Positions 59,589 to 64,000 of a DNA stretch of 64,000 nt are shown here, piece by piece. The translations under genes and the position numbers were made by a program. Every line of letters begins with the position of its first letter. The first letter of the stretch is position 1. The stretch is taken from contig CAYQZQ010000001.1 of assembly GCA_964422035.1 (NCBI GenBank), forward strand, positions 121,013 through 185,012, read 5' to 3'. The notes beneath the pieces were generated by a model that did no database searches, had not been told where the DNA came from, and saw only the letters and a list, made by a program, of their open reading frames with translations. This DNA comes from an uncultured Pseudomonadales bacterium (lineage in GTDB: Bacteria; Patescibacteriota; Microgenomatia; UBA1400; Chazhemtobacteraceae).

Positions 59589-61058
59589 GTGATGAAAAAG
59601 ATTGTAGTAAGCTTAATTGCATTGTTTTTGAGTTTGAGTTTTTCCAAGCCGGCAGTGGCTGTAGTTGATCCCCTGGCGTCTGATAATAACAAGGTTGGAG
59701 TTCACATTCTGCATACAGACGAGTTGGAGCAAGCGGCAAAATTGGTCAACGGTAAAAACGGTAAATGGGGGTACGTTACTGTGCCGATTGAGACTACTGA
59801 CAGAAATAGAGAAAAGTGGAATAAGTTTATGGATAAAGCTGACAAGAAAAAGGTTATTCCTATTATTCGTATTGCTACCTTGGTGAAAGAGGTCCACTGG
59901 GAAGAACCTGAAAGTTTGGACTTGATTGCTTTTGCAAATTTTTTAAATGACTTAAACTGGCCCACAAAAAACAGGTATGTGATTGTGTTTAATGAGGTCA
60001 ACAGAAATGATGAATTTGGAGGCATGGTTAACCCCGGCAGATATGCTGATATTCTGGTAAATACCTCTAGGATATTTAAAAATCGAAATGAGGAATTTTT
60101 TATCCTGCCAGCAGGACTTGACCTAGCATCAGTCAATAGGAATGGGGCTATGGAGTGGAGGAATTTTTGGAAACAAGCGTATAACCACAATCCTAAAGTG
60201 TTTGAGGTGATTGATGGATGGACCAGTCATTCTTATCCAAACCCTGGATTTATAGGAAGTCCGAGAGACAAGGGGGTAATGTCGATTTCTGGCTTTAAGT
60301 ATGAGCTTGATTTTGTTTCAAATTATACAGATAAAAAAATGCCGGTTTTTATTACAGAAACAGGATGGGATCAAGATAGAATTGAGGAAGAAAAAGTAGC
60401 TTCTTACTTTGATTATGCATTTGACAATGTGTGGTCTGATGTTAGGGTGGCTGCAGTTACACCTTTTCTTTTGTCTGCAGGAGATGGCCCTTTTGAAAAG
60501 TTTTCTTTACTAGACAAATCTGCTCAACCTACTGAACCGTATAAAGTAATTAATAATAAGACAAGCAAAGGATCTCCTAAATTAGCCGATGACAATGATG
60601 AAGTATTGGGGGTTAGCACCAGGGATCTTCTAGACAACTCTGAGTCGGATTTGTGGGGTTCGGTCAAAAACTGGTGGTTTTTATTTGTCAGTTGGCTGTC
60701 TGGATCCAAGGACTCTGAGATAAAACACATTAAAGTTGACAATAAAGTGTATAAGGTTAAAGTAGCTGACGAACCTATTGAGCAAGGGAAAGGACTATCA
60801 GGAACTGATAAGATTGCCGATGATGAAGGAATGTGGTTTGTATTTGAAGAGGCGGGCATGCGTTCATTTTGGATGAAGGGAATGAAGTTTGATATTGATA
60901 TTGTCTGGATAAGTAAGGGAGAGGTTATCGGTGTGGACAGAGCCAGTTACGATAGACCTTATAGAACACTTGTTTCCCCTAGTAAAGTTGATAGAGTACT
61001 TGAAGTGAAACAGAACTCGGGCATAATGGTAGGAGACAAGGTAGAAGTTTTAAATTGA
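59589..61058 (+). CDS. Secreted clan GH-A-like glycoside hydrolase fused to a DUF192 domain
   Basis: Signal peptide; FNEVN, SHSY, ITETGW; C-terminal VAD...GLS...GM.FVF...FWMKGMKFDIDIVWI...VLEV. Confidence 0.72.
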   Translation: MMKKIVVSLIALFLSLSFSKPAVAVVDPLASDNNKVGVHILHTDELEQAAKLVNGKNGKWGYVTVPIETTDRNREKWNKFMDKADKKKVIPIIRIATLVKEVHWEEPESLDLIAFANFLNDLNWPTKNRYVIVFNEVNRNDEFGGMVNPGRYADILVNTSRIFKNRNEEFFILPAGLDLASVNRNGAMEWRNFWKQAYNHNPKVFEVIDGWTSHSYPNPGFIGSPRDKGVMSISGFKYELDFVSNYTDKKMPVFITETGWDQDRIEEEKVASYFDYAFDNVWSDVRVAAVTPFLLSAGDGPFEKFSLLDKSAQPTEPYKVINNKTSKGSPKLADDNDEVLGVSTRDLLDNSESDLWGSVKNWWFLFVSWLSGSKDSEIKHIKVDNKVYKVKVADEPIEQGKGLSGTDKIADDEGMWFVFEEAGMRSFWMKGMKFDIDIVWISKGEVIGVDRASYDRPYRTLVSPSKVDRVLEVKQNSGIMVGDKVEVLN

Positions 61059-61070
61059 TAGAATACTGTT

Positions 61071-61454
61071 ATGGATTTTTATCAGGACAGTGGTTTGAAA
61101 AAAAAGGTTGATGAATTAATTGAGAAGCTTGATTTTAAGCATATTAGAGCAGAGCAGGTCAAGGTATTTAGATCGATTGGTTCTACTTCAAGGGCAAGAG
61201 CGAGAATTTATGCAATGCCTAGAATTTGGCAGAAGGCACTGGAAGTTAAGCCTCACTACTGTATTGAATTTATCAGCGAGAATTTTGATCATTTGAGTGA
61301 GAACGATAAACTTAAAGTGATGATTCATGAGTTAATGCATATCCCAAAAACGTTCTCTGGCGCTTTAACTCCTCATCGGGGCAAGGGCAGAAGAGCTCAA
61401 GTAACTTCGAAAGCAGTTAATCAATTGTTTAAAAAATACAGAAATCGATGCTAA
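61071..61454 (+). CDS. Small putative metallopeptidase (HExxH)
   Basis: ARI, Y.IEFISE.F, VMIHELMHIP. Confidence 0.75.
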   Translation: MDFYQDSGLKKKVDELIEKLDFKHIRAEQVKVFRSIGSTSRARARIYAMPRIWQKALEVKPHYCIEFISENFDHLSENDKLKVMIHELMHIPKTFSGALTPHRGKGRRAQVTSKAVNQLFKKYRNRC

Positions 61455-62122
61455 TTTTAATGGGCGAAAACCAGGTGAAGTCAAGAAATGTCTTGAATGA
61501 ATTAAAAAAACAGACAAAAGCTAAGGGAAAAGAAATTATTCGCTTAAAAGGAAAAAGTGTAGAACTGGCTGAGCTCAAGCAGGCAATGGAGTCGGAGAGT
61601 TTGTTTGGTGGAGAGAAATTGGTAGTTATTGAAGAGGTATTTTCTTCGAGAGAAAGCAGTAGAAAGCAAGATATAAAAGATTACTTAAAGGAGGGATTTA
61701 ATAATTTAATCGTCTGGGAGGGAAAAAAGATTGATAAGCGCAAACTTAAGGGTTTTGATGCCGAAATTAAAGAATTTGAGGTATCTTCAGTCATATTCAA
61801 GCTGACTGACTCTTTGTCTTCTGATAATACAGATCAAATGATTAAGTTATTAAGCTCATGTTTGGAAAAAGAGTCACCTGAGATGATCTTTTATATGATT
61901 ACCAGACAAGTTAGACTAATGCTGCAAGCAATCGATAATGCTGATGATTTTAAGGGACCCGGATGGTTGAAGGGAAAAATGAAACGACAAGCGAAGGGAT
62001 TGGGGAAAGATAAGTTACTCAAACTTCATGAAAATCTATATATGATTGATAAGGGAATTAAGACTGGAGGTTCTCCTATCGGACTTGATGCTCAGTTGGA
62101 GATGTTATTAATTAGTCTATAG
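61448..62122 (+). CDS. holA: DNA polymerase III delta subunit (reduced)
   Basis: SLFGGEKLVVIE, IFKLTD, QVRLM, D..IKTG. Confidence 0.8.
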   Translation: MLILMGENQVKSRNVLNELKKQTKAKGKEIIRLKGKSVELAELKQAMESESLFGGEKLVVIEEVFSSRESSRKQDIKDYLKEGFNNLIVWEGKKIDKRKLKGFDAEIKEFEVSSVIFKLTDSLSSDNTDQMIKLLSSCLEKESPEMIFYMITRQVRLMLQAIDNADDFKGPGWLKGKMKRQAKGLGKDKLLKLHENLYMIDKGIKTGGSPIGLDAQLEMLLISL

Positions 62123-62129
62123 TGTAGTT

Positions 62130-63209
62130 ATGATCGGTAAAAAAATTCTTGATAAAGAAGGCAGTTATAAAATTGATAAAAGCGGTGTATATGAGTCTGT
62201 TTTGGCTTTGCCAGACCAGATTTTAAGTATTTGGAATCAGGCAGACGATCTAAAAGTAAGCGACGAGCTTAAAAAAATAGATAAGATAATTGTGGCAGGA
62301 ATGGGAGGATCAGCACTTGGAGCACGAGTGATTAAGTCCTTGGCTGGTAGAGATCTTAAAGTTCCTTTGGAGATTGTTAATAGCTATCATTTGCCTGGTT
62401 ATGCGGACGATAATACTTTAGTAATTTTGTCCAGTTATTCGGGAAATACTGAAGAAGTTTTAGCTGCCGCAAAAGAAAGTATAACAATGGGGTGCAAAAA
62501 CTTTGTAATTACAACAGGAGGCGAATTACTTAAAATGGCCAATAAACATGATTGGCCTATTATTAAGATCGAGCCGGCGAAAAACCCAAGCAATCAGCCC
62601 AGAATGGCAATCGGGTATAGTGTTATGGCTCAGATGTCACTATTTAACAAAATTGGAGTATGGAGCTTAAAATCCGAGAAGATCGAGAAGGTTATAGACT
62701 GGCTTAGTCATCAGCAAAAAAACTGGGTTAGAGAAATTGATCAGAGCAAAAATTCTGCCAAAAGATTAAGTTTTCAACTTAAAAATAAGGCTGCTGTTTT
62801 AATTGCTGGTGATTTTTTGCAAGGAGCTGTACATGTTTTAAAGAACCAATTAAACGAAAACGCCAAAACATTTGCCGTTCGATTTGATATTCCTGAGCTC
62901 AATCATCACTTAATGGAAGGATTAGGTAAACCTGAAGAGCTTGATAAAAAATTGCATTTTTTACTGTTTGACTCAAAATTGTATGATGACAAGATCAGAA
63001 AGAGAATCAAGGTAACGGAGGAGGTAATTTTAAAACAAGGATATGAAGTTACCAGATTGGTGGTGGAAGGAAAAAGTAAGTTTGATCAGGTTTGGGAGGT
63101 CATTCAGTTTGGAGAATTTATCAGTCTTTATTTGGCTGTGTTGCATAAGATAAATCCTGCCCCTATTCCCTGGGTTGATTACTTTAAGAAACAAATTAAG
63201 AGCGGATAA
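62130..63209 (+). CDS. Bifunctional phosphoglucose/phosphomannose isomerase (SIS)
   Basis: GMGGSA, SYSGNTEE, QPRMA, NENAK, PELNHH. Confidence 0.92.
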   Translation: MIGKKILDKEGSYKIDKSGVYESVLALPDQILSIWNQADDLKVSDELKKIDKIIVAGMGGSALGARVIKSLAGRDLKVPLEIVNSYHLPGYADDNTLVILSSYSGNTEEVLAAAKESITMGCKNFVITTGGELLKMANKHDWPIIKIEPAKNPSNQPRMAIGYSVMAQMSLFNKIGVWSLKSEKIEKVIDWLSHQQKNWVREIDQSKNSAKRLSFQLKNKAAVLIAGDFLQGAVHVLKNQLNENAKTFAVRFDIPELNHHLMEGLGKPEELDKKLHFLLFDSKLYDDKIRKRIKVTEEVILKQGYEVTRLVVEGKSKFDQVWEVIQFGEFISLYLAVLHKINPAPIPWVDYFKKQIKSG

Positions 63210-64000
63210 TCTTTAAAACCTGATCTTTTTTTTCTTCCATTGTTTTTTTGTCTACTGCTTCTAGATTAAGTCTGATTTTTGGTTCAGTATTGGAAGCTCT
63301 TACGTTAAACCAGAAGTCGTCATATTCTATGGTTATTCCATCAAGTTTTGATATGTTGTTGGCGTCTGAAAAATCTTGTTCAAGTTGTTTTATTTTGGCT
63401 TGAGGGTCTTTTACTTTTGAATTAATTTCACCTGAGTGATGATATTTTTGCAAAGGCTTTATTATTTCGGACAGGGGCTTGTTTTCTTCTGATACGAAAT
63501 GCAAAAACTTTGTTAGTAGGATTGTGGGCGCTTCAAATGTCCCATATTTAGTTTTGTAAAAGTAGTGACCTGACGACTCACCTCCAAAAGGAGCGTCTTC
63601 CTTAATCATTTGCTCTTTGATCAGAGAGTGACCTACTCTTGTGACTGAAGGCTTGCCTCCCGCATTTTTTATCATGTCTAAGGTAATCTTTCCGGGTCTT
63701 ATGTCGTAACAGATAGTTGAGTTAGGCTTTTTTTCAAGGATAATTTGAGCCATTATACCTCTTAGAATTTCTTGTCTGACTACCTTGCCCTTTTCATCAA
63801 TTATAAAATATCTATCCCCATCACCATCCGGCGCTAAGCCTAGATCTGCTTTGTGCTCAACTACTGCATCTTTTATGGTCTTTAGATTCTCCTCTTCAAG
63901 TGGATCGGCGGGATGAGAGGGAAAGCTACCATCAAGCTTGAAGTTTATTTTTATTAATTCAATTTGAGGAAGCTTTTCAAAAAGAGCTTCTATGTCAAGT
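63196..64000 (-). CDS. Phosphomannomutase/phosphoglucomutase (5' part beyond window)
   Basis: Frame open to window end; DGDGDR metal loop, GGESSGH, RASNTEP. Confidence 0.93.
   Translation of the reverse strand, partial: LDIEALFEKLPQIELIKINFKLDGSFPSHPADPLEEENLKTIKDAVVEHKADLGLAPDGDGDRYFIIDEKGKVVRQEILRGIMAQIILEKKPNSTICYDIRPGKITLDMIKNAGGKPSVTRVGHSLIKEQMIKEDAPFGGESSGHYFYKTKYGTFEAPTILLTKFLHFVSEENKPLSEIIKPLQKYHHSGEINSKVKDPQAKIKQLEQDFSDANNISKLDGITIEYDDFWFNVRASNTEPKIRLNLEAVDKKTMEEKKDQVLKIIRS

Overview
A densely packed, housekeeping-rich bacterial chromosome segment, most consistent with Patescibacteria/CPR (Microgenomates-like). This placement is inferred from domain-stripped PheT, ThrS, trigger factor and YebC, a monoderm type IV pilus cluster with no PilP/PilQ, and the general lack of Shine-Dalgarno motifs. 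Contents in order: lspA-rluD-like, yebC, a 1.2-kb non-coding locus plus a single Xer recombinase, gyrB-ppa-gyrA, holB, an ~12-kb type IV pilus cluster, khpA/rpsP/rnc/nusB/rpmF/recG, a class A PBP, thrS-infC-rpmI-rplT-pheST, tig, five tRNAs, polX, lemA-htpX-clpB, gatCAB, dnaE, pyrG, rplS, ruvCAB, holA, PGI/PMI and a partial PMM. Most interesting signals: (1) candidate leader-peptide transcription attenuators upstream of both thrS (leaderless MRFYPLTTRFM) and pheS, sharing the same terminator stem; (2) a -10 hexamer about 6 nt before the start codon of many genes, suggesting widespread leaderless mRNA and revealing a small ORF missed by the ORF track; (3) a symmetric 11-6-11 dif-like site, a half-site at the xer promoter, a DnaA box and short repeats in one locus, with no GC-skew inversion across it; (4) an integrase-less single-gene islet in tRNA-Asp bounded by a 51-bp repeat. 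All calls are from reading the sequence by eye; no database searches or folding programs were run.
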